Positions 9,612 through 19,969 of a stretch of 53,965 nucleotides of DNA are shown in pieces. Position 1 is the stretch's first letter. Every line of letters starts with the position of its first letter. Below the pieces are notes generated by a model. The model was not told the DNA's origin. It saw only the letters and a program-made list of their open reading frames with translations, and did not search any database. Both the position numbers and the translations under genes were made by a program. Source of the stretch: Parcubacteria group bacterium Athens0714_12 (lineage in GTDB: Bacteria; Patescibacteriota; Patescibacteriia; UBA2591; VMGY01); the NCBI GenBank assembly GCA_007378955.1, contig VMGY01000002.1, forward strand, positions 1 through 53,965, read 5' to 3'.

Positions 9612-11261
9612 TTAGTTATTTAACTTCACCACTTCTCCCGGCTTTATTTTTTTGGGACCATTTTTTTCATTTTCATTATTTTCATCTGCTTCTTCTCTTT
9701 TTTTATGAAAAGGCGTTGGTTTTTTTTCCAAAATTTCTTTTAAACTGATTTCCGACGTTTCTTTTTGGATTTGAGGAGCTATTTCCGCTTTTATCGGATT
9801 TTTAGGGGTTTTTATTTCTCCTTTTCTCGCTTTTTGCAAACAATCTTTGCAAAAAATCGGCCTCACATTATCCGGCTGAAAAGAAACTTTCGTTTCCTTC
9901 CCGCAATTCCAGCAAACTGAAGAATATTTATACGCGGAACTTTTATCTTCCTCATCCTCCTCGCCATTGTTATTATTATCGTCTTTTTCGCTCCAGCGCA
10001 TTATTTTGTCTTCCACTTCACTTTTCGGCTTGGCATATCTTTCCCGCGAAATCCTTAAAATCTTTTCCGTATTAATAGTTTCGGGATAAGGAAAGGGAGG
10101 CAAAGTGCTGGCGGAGAAAGCATCGCTGGTAATTCCGTCAATCATTAATTTTAAATAAATATTGTATTTCGGCAAATTAACGAGATCATTAACATTGAAA
10201 ATCGGCTCAAATTCGCGCTCTAAAAATTCCGCGTCCTGGGCTCCGACTCTGAAAGTAATAATTGTTCCCACATTGCCAAAAACCGCGTCCCTGACTTCTT
10301 CCGGCACTTGAGTAATATACTGATGAGCAATAATTAAATTAAGGCGGTATTTTCGCGCCTCTGATAAAATATCGGCGAAACTGTCGGTAGCGAAATTCTG
10401 GAACTCATCCACGTATAAATAAAAATCTTTTCTTTTTTCTTCAGCTATGTCAACGCGCGACATCGCCGCGAGCTGAATTTTCGTCACCATCATCGCGCCC
10501 AACAAACTGGATGCGTCCTCTCCGATTGCGCCTTTAGAAAGGTTTAAAATTAAAATTTTCTGTTCGTCCATTGCCTCTCTGATGTCAAAAGTCGTTTTTG
10601 TTTGGCCGACAATATTCCTAATTAAAGCGGAAGATAAAAATTGTCCGACTTTATTTTGAATCGGCGCCACAGCCTCGGATTGGAAGCGGTCGGGATATTT
10701 GATAAATTCTTCCGTCCAAAATGATTTAACCATTGGGTCGGTAATATTGGCAACCACTTTTTTGCGATATTCCTTATCCACCAAGATTCTCATTATTCCC
10801 AACAAGGTGCTGTTCGGGTATTCAAGCAAGGCTAAAATTGCGTTTCTTAAAACATATTCCAATCTCGGTCCCCAGCTTTCCGACCAAATCTTTTTAAATA
10901 CGCCGACTAAACCCGAAGCTACTCTTGACCTGTGTTCAGGGTCCACCTTTTCCACCACATTAAAAGCAATGGGATTGCTTAAATCAGCCGGATTAAAATA
11001 AATCACATCATTGATCCGATTTGAAGGGATAAAATCCAAAACTCTTTGGGCGAATTCTCCGTGCGGGTCAACAATCGCCACGCCATGCCCGGCTTGAATA
11101 TCGGCAATGGCCATATTTTCCAATAAAACAGTTTTACCCATGCCAGTTTTGCCAATCACATACATATGCCTTCTACGGTCATCTCTTTTAATGCCAAAAT
11201 TTTTACGCTGATTGCGAAAATTGGTTTCGGCAAAAATTGTGATATCATTATTATTATTCAT
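9612..11261 (-). CDS. VirD4/TraD/HerA-like P-loop ATPase with C-terminal CxxC-x17-CxxC domain
   Basis: Walker A GKTGMGKT, DPHGE, Walker B LYVDEFQNF, EARKYRL, CWNC...CKDC. Confidence 0.85.
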   Translation of the reverse strand: MNNNNDITIFAETNFRNQRKNFGIKRDDRRRHMYVIGKTGMGKTVLLENMAIADIQAGHGVAIVDPHGEFAQRVLDFIPSNRINDVIYFNPADLSNPIAFNVVEKVDPEHRSRVASGLVGVFKKIWSESWGPRLEYVLRNAILALLEYPNSTLLGIMRILVDKEYRKKVVANITDPMVKSFWTEEFIKYPDRFQSEAVAPIQNKVGQFLSSALIRNIVGQTKTTFDIREAMDEQKILILNLSKGAIGEDASSLLGAMMVTKIQLAAMSRVDIAEEKRKDFYLYVDEFQNFATDSFADILSEARKYRLNLIIAHQYITQVPEEVRDAVFGNVGTIITFRVGAQDAEFLEREFEPIFNVNDLVNLPKYNIYLKLMIDGITSDAFSASTLPPFPYPETINTEKILRISRERYAKPKSEVEDKIMRWSEKDDNNNNGEEDEEDKSSAYKYSSVCWNCGKETKVSFQPDNVRPIFCKDCLQKARKGEIKTPKNPIKAEIAPQIQKETSEISLKEILEKKPTPFHKKREEADENNENEKNGPKKIKPGEVVKLNN

Positions 11262-11266
11262 AATTA

Positions 11267-12634
11267 TTATTCTATAATCGGAAGATTGCCCGGAGGCCCT
11301 CCTTTTTTATCATCTTCTTTTTTTTCCTTTAAAGACTTTTCCGTTGTCGGCAAAATACTGGGCGCTTCGCCTCTTTTCATTTCCACTCTTTTTAATAAAG
11401 GCGCTTTCAGTTCTACTGTCGGGAAATGGAATAAAGTGGCCAACTCTTCGGTATTAAGGATAAAAAATGGTTCCATGTTGCTTCTATTTTTATAATTAGC
11501 CATAATTCTTTTTTGCCTTGCCGCGACTCTGGTCTTGACGAACCAATAATCAACCGAGGTTTTTGTTTTGCCGTCCGGTTTAAAACCGTTCATATTCAAA
11601 GTATTAAATTGCTGAAGAGCGCCAAAAATTCCGCTTATCGCTTTTCCTTTTTGCGAAAATTCTTTCTTGGCCAAATAAATTACTCTGAATTTGGATTTAA
11701 ATCCGGTTTTGGAAAGTTTTTCCTGCATCGCCCCCGCCACGTCTTTTTCGCCGGGGCTAAGATACGTCATCAAGCTATGGGGCTCTTCTTTTTTCGGCTT
11801 TTCACTGCTTTCCTGGGGAATAATAATACTGCCCAATTCCTGCAATAATTTAATCGGCGAATTCAAAATATCGTCCATTAAATTTGTTTTTACTTTTACT
11901 TTTTGGCCGATTAATTTTTTCACCTCATTTACTCCTTTATCTTTCCAATCACTCTTGCAAGGCGTGATGATTATTTGCAGCCAAAGCTGTTCTCCTTCCG
12001 TCATTTTTCCCAAAACTTCCAGCAAAGAAGCTATTGGGTCTTTAAATTTAAGATCTTTCGCCATTTTATCTTCAAAAGAGGGATAAGTTCTGATTGGATA
12101 GGCGTCTTTGTTGTAAAAAACTAATTCAGTTCCCCATAAATCATATTCTTTGTCAGGAAATAAATTCGGCGTTTCTTTGGCATAATCGTCAACTTCGCTG
12201 ATTTCCGCGTCCGGATATTGGGCGTAAAAAGCCGCTTCCGCCAGGTCCCTGAATTTTTCCGGCGTTCTGATTAAAAATTGGATGTAGCCGCCCAAACTGA
12301 CAATTTCCAAAGAAAACGGCCGCTGGGTATAACCTTCTATATATTTATCTATTAAATTCCCGCTTGATTGAGCGGCGGCCAAGCTGGCAAAAATCTGCTC
12401 TACCGCCTTTGGGCCCTGCATATTTTCTTTAGGCACGTCTATGGCCAATAAAACATATTTAGTGTTTTCGCGGTATCTTTCTTGAATGTAAAAAACATAA
12501 AAATCCCAGGCAAATTTCAAAAAAATAATCAAAAAAATAACCCAGCCGCCATGGCTGAATAAGAACCATAACATTTCCAAAGGGGGCATTTCCAGTAAGT
12601 CATAAAAAAAAGAAAAATCAAGAACGATATTCAT
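11267..12634 (-). CDS. Conserved membrane-anchored partner of the adjacent ATPase
   Basis: N-terminal TM, FSLEIVS, YAQYPDAEI, YPIRTY, LNTEELATLFHFP; 5 bp from the ATPase gene. Confidence 0.65.
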   Translation of the reverse strand: MNIVLDFSFFYDLLEMPPLEMLWFLFSHGGWVIFLIIFLKFAWDFYVFYIQERYRENTKYVLLAIDVPKENMQGPKAVEQIFASLAAAQSSGNLIDKYIEGYTQRPFSLEIVSLGGYIQFLIRTPEKFRDLAEAAFYAQYPDAEISEVDDYAKETPNLFPDKEYDLWGTELVFYNKDAYPIRTYPSFEDKMAKDLKFKDPIASLLEVLGKMTEGEQLWLQIIITPCKSDWKDKGVNEVKKLIGQKVKVKTNLMDDILNSPIKLLQELGSIIIPQESSEKPKKEEPHSLMTYLSPGEKDVAGAMQEKLSKTGFKSKFRVIYLAKKEFSQKGKAISGIFGALQQFNTLNMNGFKPDGKTKTSVDYWFVKTRVAARQKRIMANYKNRSNMEPFFILNTEELATLFHFPTVELKAPLLKRVEMKRGEAPSILPTTEKSLKEKKEDDKKGGPPGNLPIIE

Positions 12635-12754
12635 AAAAATAAAAATTTCAAATTTTAAATTCTAAAAAATCGCGTATAATTATCAATTTCAGCCTTAAAT
12701 TATGCTTTGATTTTTTTGAAAATTGAAAAATTGATAATTGATAATTTTTAACGT

Positions 12755-13795
12755 TTATAATTTGTTATTATCATTAAAAGTGTATTTCCCGTCTTCTTGC
12801 CTTTTGAAAGATTTTTTATCCATTAAAGCGGTGTAAACCGTGCTTTCTTTGGCGAATCTTTGACTCTGAATTTCTTTAGCAAGCTCTTCTTTGGAAAGAG
12901 GTTTTTTTGCTTTTTTTAAAATATTTATTAGGATATCTTTCACTGTTCCTTTTTGATAACCCCATTCTTTCAAAGCGTAAACCCCTCTGCCAATAAGCAC
13001 ATATCTTTCATCTAAAATCAATTCGTTGTGGACCGCGCGAGGATAAGCAACTTTATGGTCAAATTTCAATTCATTTATTTTTTGAGTCAGATCGCTGAAA
13101 TGCAAAGGTTTCTTTTCTTTTTGAAAAATCAAATAAATCTTATCAGCGATTCTTTTGGGAGTTATTTCACGCCAAACAGACAAGCCATACATTCCTAAAA
13201 CATTTTTTTTTATTTCTTTGCTTGTCTCCAAATAAGATAATAAATGCTCATCATTTAAATCGTATTTTTTATAAACCGGAGATTCTTTTATGAATTTCAA
13301 CAATTCTTCTTTCTTTAAAGAACATTTTTTTTCTTTGATAAAATTTAAAATCATTTCTAAAAATTCTTCAATAATGCCCAATGATATTGATTTTAATTTC
13401 CAAGCGCTTTCTATCTTTGGATGATTGTTTAATTTTTCCAAATCTTGCTCTAAAAAATGAGAAATGATAAAAGAAAAAGATTCCGGCTTATTAGTCTGTT
13501 TTAAGATAAATTTTTCAGTAACAATGCCGCCTTTCCGGTTAAAAATTTCTAAAACACCGATTCTCACGGGATTGATTAAATCATTTAAAAAATTTAATTG
13601 TCTTAATTTATCAAGCGCGTAATTTTGCACCTGCCTGATTCTTTCTTTGCTTAAGCCGTAATTCTTGCCGATTATTTCCAATGTTTCTTTTCTTTTGTTT
13701 TCCAAGCCAAAACGAGCGCGCAATATCTCACTCTCTTTACTATTTAAATTACTAAATAAATTTTTGATAATCTTGTCAAAATCAATCTTTTCCAT
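12755..13795 (-). CDS. Sigma70 region-4-like HTH plus HARE-type HTH protein
   Basis: RARFGL..ETLEIIGKNYGLSKERIRQV; PLHFSDL, VHNELILDERYVLIGRGVYAL. Confidence 0.75.
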   Translation of the reverse strand: MEKIDFDKIIKNLFSNLNSKESEILRARFGLENKRKETLEIIGKNYGLSKERIRQVQNYALDKLRQLNFLNDLINPVRIGVLEIFNRKGGIVTEKFILKQTNKPESFSFIISHFLEQDLEKLNNHPKIESAWKLKSISLGIIEEFLEMILNFIKEKKCSLKKEELLKFIKESPVYKKYDLNDEHLLSYLETSKEIKKNVLGMYGLSVWREITPKRIADKIYLIFQKEKKPLHFSDLTQKINELKFDHKVAYPRAVHNELILDERYVLIGRGVYALKEWGYQKGTVKDILINILKKAKKPLSKEELAKEIQSQRFAKESTVYTALMDKKSFKRQEDGKYTFNDNNKL

Positions 13796-13804
13796 ATAGA
13801 TTTA

Positions 13805-13833
13805 TTTATAGCATAAAAATAATCCACAGTCAA
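13805..13833 (-). promoter_or_regulatory. Sigma70 promoter for 12755..13795 (near-leaderless)
   Basis: Minus strand TTGACT-N17-TATAAA with extended TG; -10 ends 10 bp before ATG. Confidence 0.6.
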
Positions 13834-13872
13834 CATTTTTCAAAAAAATTAATAAATAAAAATAAAATAAAA

Positions 13873-13902
13873 AAACGTCTGAATTTAAAAATTCAGACGT
13901 TT
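13873..13902 (-). terminator. Intrinsic terminator of the cohesin/dockerin operon
   Basis: aaacgtctgaattt / aaattcagacgttt hairpin followed by a T run on the minus strand. Confidence 0.7.
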
Positions 13903-13937
13903 AAATATCTCAATAGATAATAAAATGGTTTCAATGG

Positions 13938-16676
13938 TTATAATTTAATAATTTTCAAATCAGGGCTGCCGTCGGAACAAGGAAGGATTAAAATCTCAAA
14001 TTTTCCATCGCCGTCTAAATCGCCCGCGCCGACATTTACGCCGCCGATAAAATCTTTTTCATAAGCAGTAAAATCGTCTTTAAGACTCTCTCCTTTTTCA
14101 TTTAAAATACGAATTTGCGAGCCGCCATTAATGCCCACGCCAACAACAAATTCATCTTTTCCGTCGCCGTTTATATCGCCGCCAGCCACCGAACCGCCGC
14201 CTTTAAAATTTTGGTTAAAAGCGTAAAATCCGGGATTAATTTTTTTTCCGTCGCCGGTAAAAGTTTGAATATGCGTGGTTCCTACTTCCGGCACGGTCAC
14301 GATTTCATCCACTCCGTCTCCGTTTAAATCTGCCTTTGATACGGAAATACCGCCCCTGAAAGTATACTGGTCATAAGCGAAAAAATTCAATAAAACTTTT
14401 CCATCTTTGTCATAAGCCATCACTTGAGCGCCACCGCCTTTGCCGGCGGTAACAATAATTTCATCTTTTCCGTCGCCGTTTATATCGCCGCCAGCCACAA
14501 AAACGCCGCCTTTAAATTTGCCGTCTAATGCCCAAAATCCCGGGGTTAAACGTTCGCCCTTGCCGTTAAAAATTTGAATATGCGGCGTGCCGCCAGGCCC
14601 GGAACCAGTAATGATTTCATCAACTCCGTCTCCTTCCAAATCCCCGACTGCCACTCTAATTCCTCCGCGCAAATGTTTTTGGTAAGCAAAAAATCTGACT
14701 AAAGGATTGCCCGCTTCGTCAAAAACACTTACTTGCGGACCAAAACCCTGCCCCGTGCCTGTAACAATCTTTGTTTTTCCATCCCCTAAAACCTTCCCTG
14801 AACTTATAAAATATCCCCCTCTTAAATGAGGTGCGTAAGCCATAAAACTTGTTCCTGGGATTGTTTTACCAACTGATGAATTAGGCATTAAAGACGCTTC
14901 AGGAGTGGAAATCTCTTCTCCGCCTGTTGATTGTTTTCTTAAGTAAATATTAACATTATTAATTTTTTCTTCGCTTACAGTCACTTTCGCGGCTGTATAA
15001 GAAAAATAACTCCCCTTAGAAACTGTGAGGGAATACGTGCCAATAAGAATATTATCTAATTGGTACGCGCCATCGCTCAATGACGTGGTTTTGTAATTTC
15101 CCGGGGAAAGGACAATCTGGGCGCCGGCCAATGAATTACCAGTTAAAGAATCATTGGTTATTTTTCCTTTTATGGTACTCACATGATTAGCGGAAGAACC
15201 TCCTTCGCCCGCCGCCGTGGCAGTAGTAAAATTCGCTGTAGAAGATGTTCCTTTATTTCCCGCTTGGTCTTTGCTGACAAGCCGATAATAATAAGTCACG
15301 CCGGAATTTAATCCGGAAATAATTACTGAATGGGAAGCAAGATAGCTTTCAGTTAAGGGGCTTACATTGCCGTAAGTGGAAGTTAAGCCATATTCTACTT
15401 GCGAAATGGCGTTTTCATTTGTTCTCCAACTAATCGTAATTGAATTTTGCGTGGTGTTGGTCGCGAGAATTTCACTGATCATCGGAGCTGTGGAGTCAGA
15501 AGGAGTGGGACTTCCCCCTCCCCCTCCGCCACCTCCCCCTCCGCCGTCGGGAGATGGCGGAATGTATGGGGTAGTTGGGGAAGTTGTGGTAAATGTAGCG
15601 TCCCCTGATGTTGCCTCATTACTGCTGGAATCTTCGCTGCTAACCGCGTAATGATAAGTAACGCCCGCGGACAAGCCAGACAGAGATACTGAATGAGTTT
15701 TTGTCAATCCTGAAGTATTCGCGGTAGAGCCATAATTCGCAGTCGCGCCATATTCCACTTTTGAAGAAGAATCTTCGTCCGTTATCCAGGTAATTTTGAC
15801 TGTTGTTTGCGTAATTTCACTAACCGCGCGGCCGCTAATTTGAGGCGCTTGATTATCCGCGCTAATGGTCGTAAAAAAATTATCCCCGGAAATTTTTTCA
15901 TTATTACTGACGTCTTTGCTTATCACCCGATAATGATAAATAGCGCCTGCTTGCAAATTAGAAAGCGCTACTGAATGGGAAGCAACTAAATTAGAATCCA
16001 AAATGGTTAAATAACCATAAGAAACAGTCGTGCCGTATTCCACCCTTGAAGTAGAATTTTCATCCGTCGTCCAAGTGATTGTCGCGGAAGTTTGGCCTAT
16101 ATTGGTTGAAGTAATGTTGCTGATTTGCGGCGCCGTGGTGTCAGCGGCCTGTGTTAATGTATAACTGCCATTTACCACGCTATTTAAAACATCTTGGCCT
16201 AAGCAAGCGACATTAGTATCAATAGTGCTCCCTAAAGTAAAATTAAAAGTTAAATTAGCCGCGCCTGTAGTAAGGGGTTTAAAAGTAATACTCGCTAAAA
16301 TGCCACTGCCATTATATACCACTCCCCCGCTTGAAGTTTGGGAAAAATTTATTCTGCCATTGCTGACATCAACTGAATTAAGATTCGTATTGGTGTATAA
16401 ACTGCCTGGTTGAATTTGCGCGCCGGGCGACGTAAGATTGCTGTCTTGAACCTCTAAAAGCGCGGGATTATAATTAAGATATTTAATATCAGTCCCGTCT
16501 GTATTATTGCCATTAGTGTTTAATCTTATATTTAAAGTAAAATTACTGCCAAGACTATAAGAGCCTGACGCCGGTTCCAAAGAGAGGGCCGCGGTCTGAA
16601 GTTGCGCGTGAATATTTATCGGAAATAAAATCAAAAAAAGAAAAAATGGAGTAATGAAAAAAAATATTTTTTTCAT
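13938..16676 (-). CDS. Secreted protein: cohesin + 3 FN3-like domains + carboxypeptidase-regulatory-like domain + FG-GAP repeats
   Basis: Signal peptide; cohesin-like (YLNYNPALLEV, GRINFS, GSGILASITFK); 3x ITWxTDE..S.VEYG..HSV.LS.L..YHY; repeated GDxNGDGxDEI. Confidence 0.8.
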   Translation of the reverse strand: MKKIFFFITPFFLFLILFPINIHAQLQTAALSLEPASGSYSLGSNFTLNIRLNTNGNNTDGTDIKYLNYNPALLEVQDSNLTSPGAQIQPGSLYTNTNLNSVDVSNGRINFSQTSSGGVVYNGSGILASITFKPLTTGAANLTFNFTLGSTIDTNVACLGQDVLNSVVNGSYTLTQAADTTAPQISNITSTNIGQTSATITWTTDENSTSRVEYGTTVSYGYLTILDSNLVASHSVALSNLQAGAIYHYRVISKDVSNNEKISGDNFFTTISADNQAPQISGRAVSEITQTTVKITWITDEDSSSKVEYGATANYGSTANTSGLTKTHSVSLSGLSAGVTYHYAVSSEDSSSNEATSGDATFTTTSPTTPYIPPSPDGGGGGGGGGGGSPTPSDSTAPMISEILATNTTQNSITISWRTNENAISQVEYGLTSTYGNVSPLTESYLASHSVIISGLNSGVTYYYRLVSKDQAGNKGTSSTANFTTATAAGEGGSSANHVSTIKGKITNDSLTGNSLAGAQIVLSPGNYKTTSLSDGAYQLDNILIGTYSLTVSKGSYFSYTAAKVTVSEEKINNVNIYLRKQSTGGEEISTPEASLMPNSSVGKTIPGTSFMAYAPHLRGGYFISSGKVLGDGKTKIVTGTGQGFGPQVSVFDEAGNPLVRFFAYQKHLRGGIRVAVGDLEGDGVDEIITGSGPGGTPHIQIFNGKGERLTPGFWALDGKFKGGVFVAGGDINGDGKDEIIVTAGKGGGAQVMAYDKDGKVLLNFFAYDQYTFRGGISVSKADLNGDGVDEIVTVPEVGTTHIQTFTGDGKKINPGFYAFNQNFKGGGSVAGGDINGDGKDEFVVGVGINGGSQIRILNEKGESLKDDFTAYEKDFIGGVNVGAGDLDGDGKFEILILPCSDGSPDLKIIKL

Positions 16677-16687
16677 AGGTTTATTAA

Positions 16688-17296
16688 TTATTCAATGATA
16701 TAAGTATTATTTATTGCCGCCAATAAAACATCAATGCCCTTTCTGCTGACATTGCAATCTGCCGTTGAACCGGGAATAAAAATAAAAGAAATATTTGCCG
16801 CGCCTTTTTTTAAAGCCTTAAAATTAATAGCGGCTATTTCTCCTTGGCCATGAAAAGTTTCTTTCGGCTCGGAAAGAATTGAAAATTTTATTAATCCGCT
16901 TTCTTTGTTTATTTCCTTCCCCGCGATATTTTTAAAAATATTTCCTATTTGTAAAAAATTATTGCCTTCTTCTAAAACTTCCATCGCTCCTGAATCATAT
17001 TTTATAAAAATATCCGCCCCGTCTATTTCAGCGTCCATCGTATTTAAAAAAATTTTTACGGGAAAAGTCTGCCCAACCTCATAGTTTTTTTTCTGGGAAG
17101 ATAAAGTTAACACAGCTTTTCTTTCTTTTTCTAAAGATTGAGATTTTTCAACTTTGGATTTTACATTCAAAGAAGAAACCAAAGGAAAAATATAATCCGA
17201 AGATGTTAAAAAAATATTATAACCAATGGCGCTTAAAAAAATCGTCGTTATGATTATAAAAACCATCCAGTAAATAAAAGGCAGTTTTTTCTCCAT
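16688..17296 (-). CDS. Membrane-anchored cohesin domain protein
   Basis: N-terminal TM; IDGADIFIKYD, GLIKFS, GQGEIAAINFKALKKG; ATG 17296 preferred. Confidence 0.75.
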   Translation of the reverse strand: MEKKLPFIYWMVFIIITTIFLSAIGYNIFLTSSDYIFPLVSSLNVKSKVEKSQSLEKERKAVLTLSSQKKNYEVGQTFPVKIFLNTMDAEIDGADIFIKYDSGAMEVLEEGNNFLQIGNIFKNIAGKEINKESGLIKFSILSEPKETFHGQGEIAAINFKALKKGAANISFIFIPGSTADCNVSRKGIDVLLAAINNTYIIE

Positions 17297-17343
17297 AAAT
17301 TTAAATTTATTATATTTTAAATAAATAACAACTTGCCCCGATT

Positions 17344-18138
17344 TTACATTCCTGTTTTTCCCCAATTTTTATTCATCAAGCTCCAATCCAAAGTATTAAC
17401 TATTCCATCATTATTAATATCAGCTTTTTGGTCATTTGTTCCCCATTTTCCACTCATTAAGCTCCAATCCAAGGAATTGATTATGTTATCGCTGTCTTGT
17501 AAATTACCGGCAATAATATCATCAAATTCAATTTCTGCTTCCGAAGGCCATGTAATTTTAGAAACTTTTTTACTTAAATAATTAGGAATTTTAATCTTAA
17601 AATCATAAACACCGGCAGGAAGAGAAGATTCGTCAGTATCTATCTCCAACTTGCCATTACTCCCAGAAGTGCCACTTGTTTGAAAAACGATATTTTCCGT
17701 CCCAGTTCTTAAAACATAAAGTGTTAGCTGGCTGGCAAAATTTTGCTTGCCTTCTAATTTAATTTTAATTTTTATCGGTTTTATTTTATTTTCTTTTGTC
17801 ACAGTGGTTGTGACTACATTACTAAATACCGGACCATAAACATTCCCCTTGCTGTCTTTAAATGTCAAGGATGCTTGATTGGTAATTGTCTCCTCCCCGG
17901 CTAAATAAATCTTACCCATTTCATCCTTAGAAACGGACCACATTAAAACGCCGAAAGCTCCCGCGACAAAAGCAAGAATAACAAAACTTTTCCAAGTTTT
18001 AATTCTAATCTTACTGACCAAGACAAACTTCTGCCCGATGTTATTGAATGTCTCTCTTATTACTTCGTCAACGTTGTGCTTAGAATCATTGATTTCTGTG
18101 AAAGATTGCATTTTTTTTCTTTCATTTTTTTTAAGCAT
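17344..18138 (-). CDS. Membrane-anchored dockerin domain protein
   Basis: TM; two EF-hand-like dockerin repeats GNLQDSDNIINSLDWSLM and ADINNDGIVNTLDWSLM. Confidence 0.8.
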   Translation of the reverse strand: MLKKNERKKMQSFTEINDSKHNVDEVIRETFNNIGQKFVLVSKIRIKTWKSFVILAFVAGAFGVLMWSVSKDEMGKIYLAGEETITNQASLTFKDSKGNVYGPVFSNVVTTTVTKENKIKPIKIKIKLEGKQNFASQLTLYVLRTGTENIVFQTSGTSGSNGKLEIDTDESSLPAGVYDFKIKIPNYLSKKVSKITWPSEAEIEFDDIIAGNLQDSDNIINSLDWSLMSGKWGTNDQKADINNDGIVNTLDWSLMNKNWGKTGM

Positions 18139-18172
18139 GGAAAAAAAATTATATTATAAAATTATATTCATA

Positions 18173-18625
18173 TTATGAAGCTAATAATTTAATCAAATCA
18201 GCCCTTGAAACTATGCCTGCTAATTTATTATTTTTTACCACGGGAATGGGATTAATTCTCTTTTGGGTAAAAATTTCGGCTAATTTTTCAATCAAAGCTT
18301 CTGATTCAACGCAGATTGGATTTTTAGTCATGATATCTTTTGCCGTAAGATTGATTATTTTTTCGCATTGTTTTTTCATTTTATCATTTTTCTCTTCTAT
18401 GGCGCAATCAAGTTTTTTTAAAAACTGAATGTACGAAGGGATATGAATCTTCGTATCTCTGGAAATTAAATCTGATTCAGTAACAATGCCTATTACCTCA
18501 TTTTTTTTATTTATTACCGGCATACCGGTTAAATTATTGTCAAAAAGTAATTTAGCTATTTCTCCGATTTTAACCTCGGGAGCCACGGAAATTACTTTTT
18601 TGGTCATTATATCTTTAACTTTCAT
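18173..18625 (-). CDS. CBS-pair protein
   Basis: MKVKDIMTKKV, MPVI..VIGIVTESDL, AKDIMT, IPVV..GIVSRADL. Confidence 0.9.
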   Translation of the reverse strand: MKVKDIMTKKVISVAPEVKIGEIAKLLFDNNLTGMPVINKKNEVIGIVTESDLISRDTKIHIPSYIQFLKKLDCAIEEKNDKMKKQCEKIINLTAKDIMTKNPICVESEALIEKLAEIFTQKRINPIPVVKNNKLAGIVSRADLIKLLAS

Positions 18626-18797
18626 AAATTTATTATAAAACAATCTTAATAAAAAAACAATAAACTGCTTGCGAAATTATTTAATTTATCATACTTGGAA
18701 TGAATCCAATTCATCTATCTAATCTGCTCGCGCTCAATTGATACTATAAAAATTTAAAAAATTATAGAGATGGCCGCAAGATAGCTTTGCCGCCATC

Positions 18798-19904
18798 TCA
18801 CAGTCCTTCGTTTTCCAATTCTTCTAATAATTGCTTTTGTTTTTTGGTTAAATTTTCAGGAATTTTAATAATTACCTCTACTAATTGATCTCCTTTCGCG
18901 TAACCATTAAGATGAGTTACTCCCTTGCCCTTGAGTTTAAAAATTTTACCGCTTTCCGCGCCGGAAGGAATTTTTAACCAGACATCCCCTTCTAAAGTTT
19001 TTACTTTTATTTTGTCGCCCAAAACAGCTTGAGAAAAATTGATAAATGCTTTGGAAAAAATATCATAACCTTGGCGCTTGAATTCTCTGTCTTTTTTTAC
19101 ATTAAAGGTGATATAAAGATCTCCTGGTTCGGAATTTTTGGTCCCGGCTTCTCCTTGACCGGATATTTTAATGGTCTGGCCATGGTCAATCCCTGCCGGT
19201 ATTTTAATTTTTAATTCTTTTTTTTCTCTGTGTCTGCCCTCACCTTTGCATTTCGGACAAATTTTTTCCGGCTTTCTGCCTTGCCCGCCGCAATCAGGAC
19301 AAATAGACGCTGTTCTGAATTGCCCGAAAAAAGTTTTTTGGACATGCGTAATCTGGCCTCTCCCTTTGCAAGTGGAACAGGTGATGAATTTGCTGCCCGG
19401 TTCATTGCCGGAACCGCGGCATTCGGAACAAATTATATATTTATCCAAAGCTATATTTTTTTCCGCGCCGAAAACCGCCTCTCTAAAATCAATTTCCATT
19501 TCTAATTCTATATCCTTTCCTCTTTTCTTTCTGCCTTTTCTTGTTCCGCCGCCAAAACCAAACGCATCTCCAAAAATATCCCCTAAATCAAATTCAAATC
19601 CTCCGGAATTTTGTCCATTTTTCATTGCTTCGGCAAAATCGGAAAAATCCCTAAAACCTTCAAAGCCGCTAAATCCGCCTCGCGCCTGAGTTTGTTCAAA
19701 GGTAGTGCCGAATTGATCGTATTGGGCTCTTTTTTGAGGATTATTTAAAATTTGATAAGCTTCGTTGATTTCCTTAAATTTATCCGCGTTGCCGCCGGCT
19801 TTGTCAGGATGATGCTTATTGGCCAATTTGAAAAATGCCCGCTTTATTTCTTCGGGAGAAGCGCTTTTATTTATTCCTAAAATGTGGTAGTAATCTTTGG
19901 ACAT
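18798..19904 (-). CDS. dnaJ: Chaperone DnaJ
   Basis: J domain with HPD; four CxxCxGxG repeats. Confidence 0.97.
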   Translation of the reverse strand: MSKDYYHILGINKSASPEEIKRAFFKLANKHHPDKAGGNADKFKEINEAYQILNNPQKRAQYDQFGTTFEQTQARGGFSGFEGFRDFSDFAEAMKNGQNSGGFEFDLGDIFGDAFGFGGGTRKGRKKRGKDIELEMEIDFREAVFGAEKNIALDKYIICSECRGSGNEPGSKFITCSTCKGRGQITHVQKTFFGQFRTASICPDCGGQGRKPEKICPKCKGEGRHREKKELKIKIPAGIDHGQTIKISGQGEAGTKNSEPGDLYITFNVKKDREFKRQGYDIFSKAFINFSQAVLGDKIKVKTLEGDVWLKIPSGAESGKIFKLKGKGVTHLNGYAKGDQLVEVIIKIPENLTKKQKQLLEELENEGL

Positions 19905-19969
19905 ACTGAAATTAAAATTCTAAATAAATCATAAATTTAAAATTCAAATATTCAAAACCAGTATAAATT

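Noticed and set aside
15514-15548. Poly-C-rich tract as a phase-variation switch
   Set aside because: Interrupted codons of a poly-Gly linker, no long homopolymer
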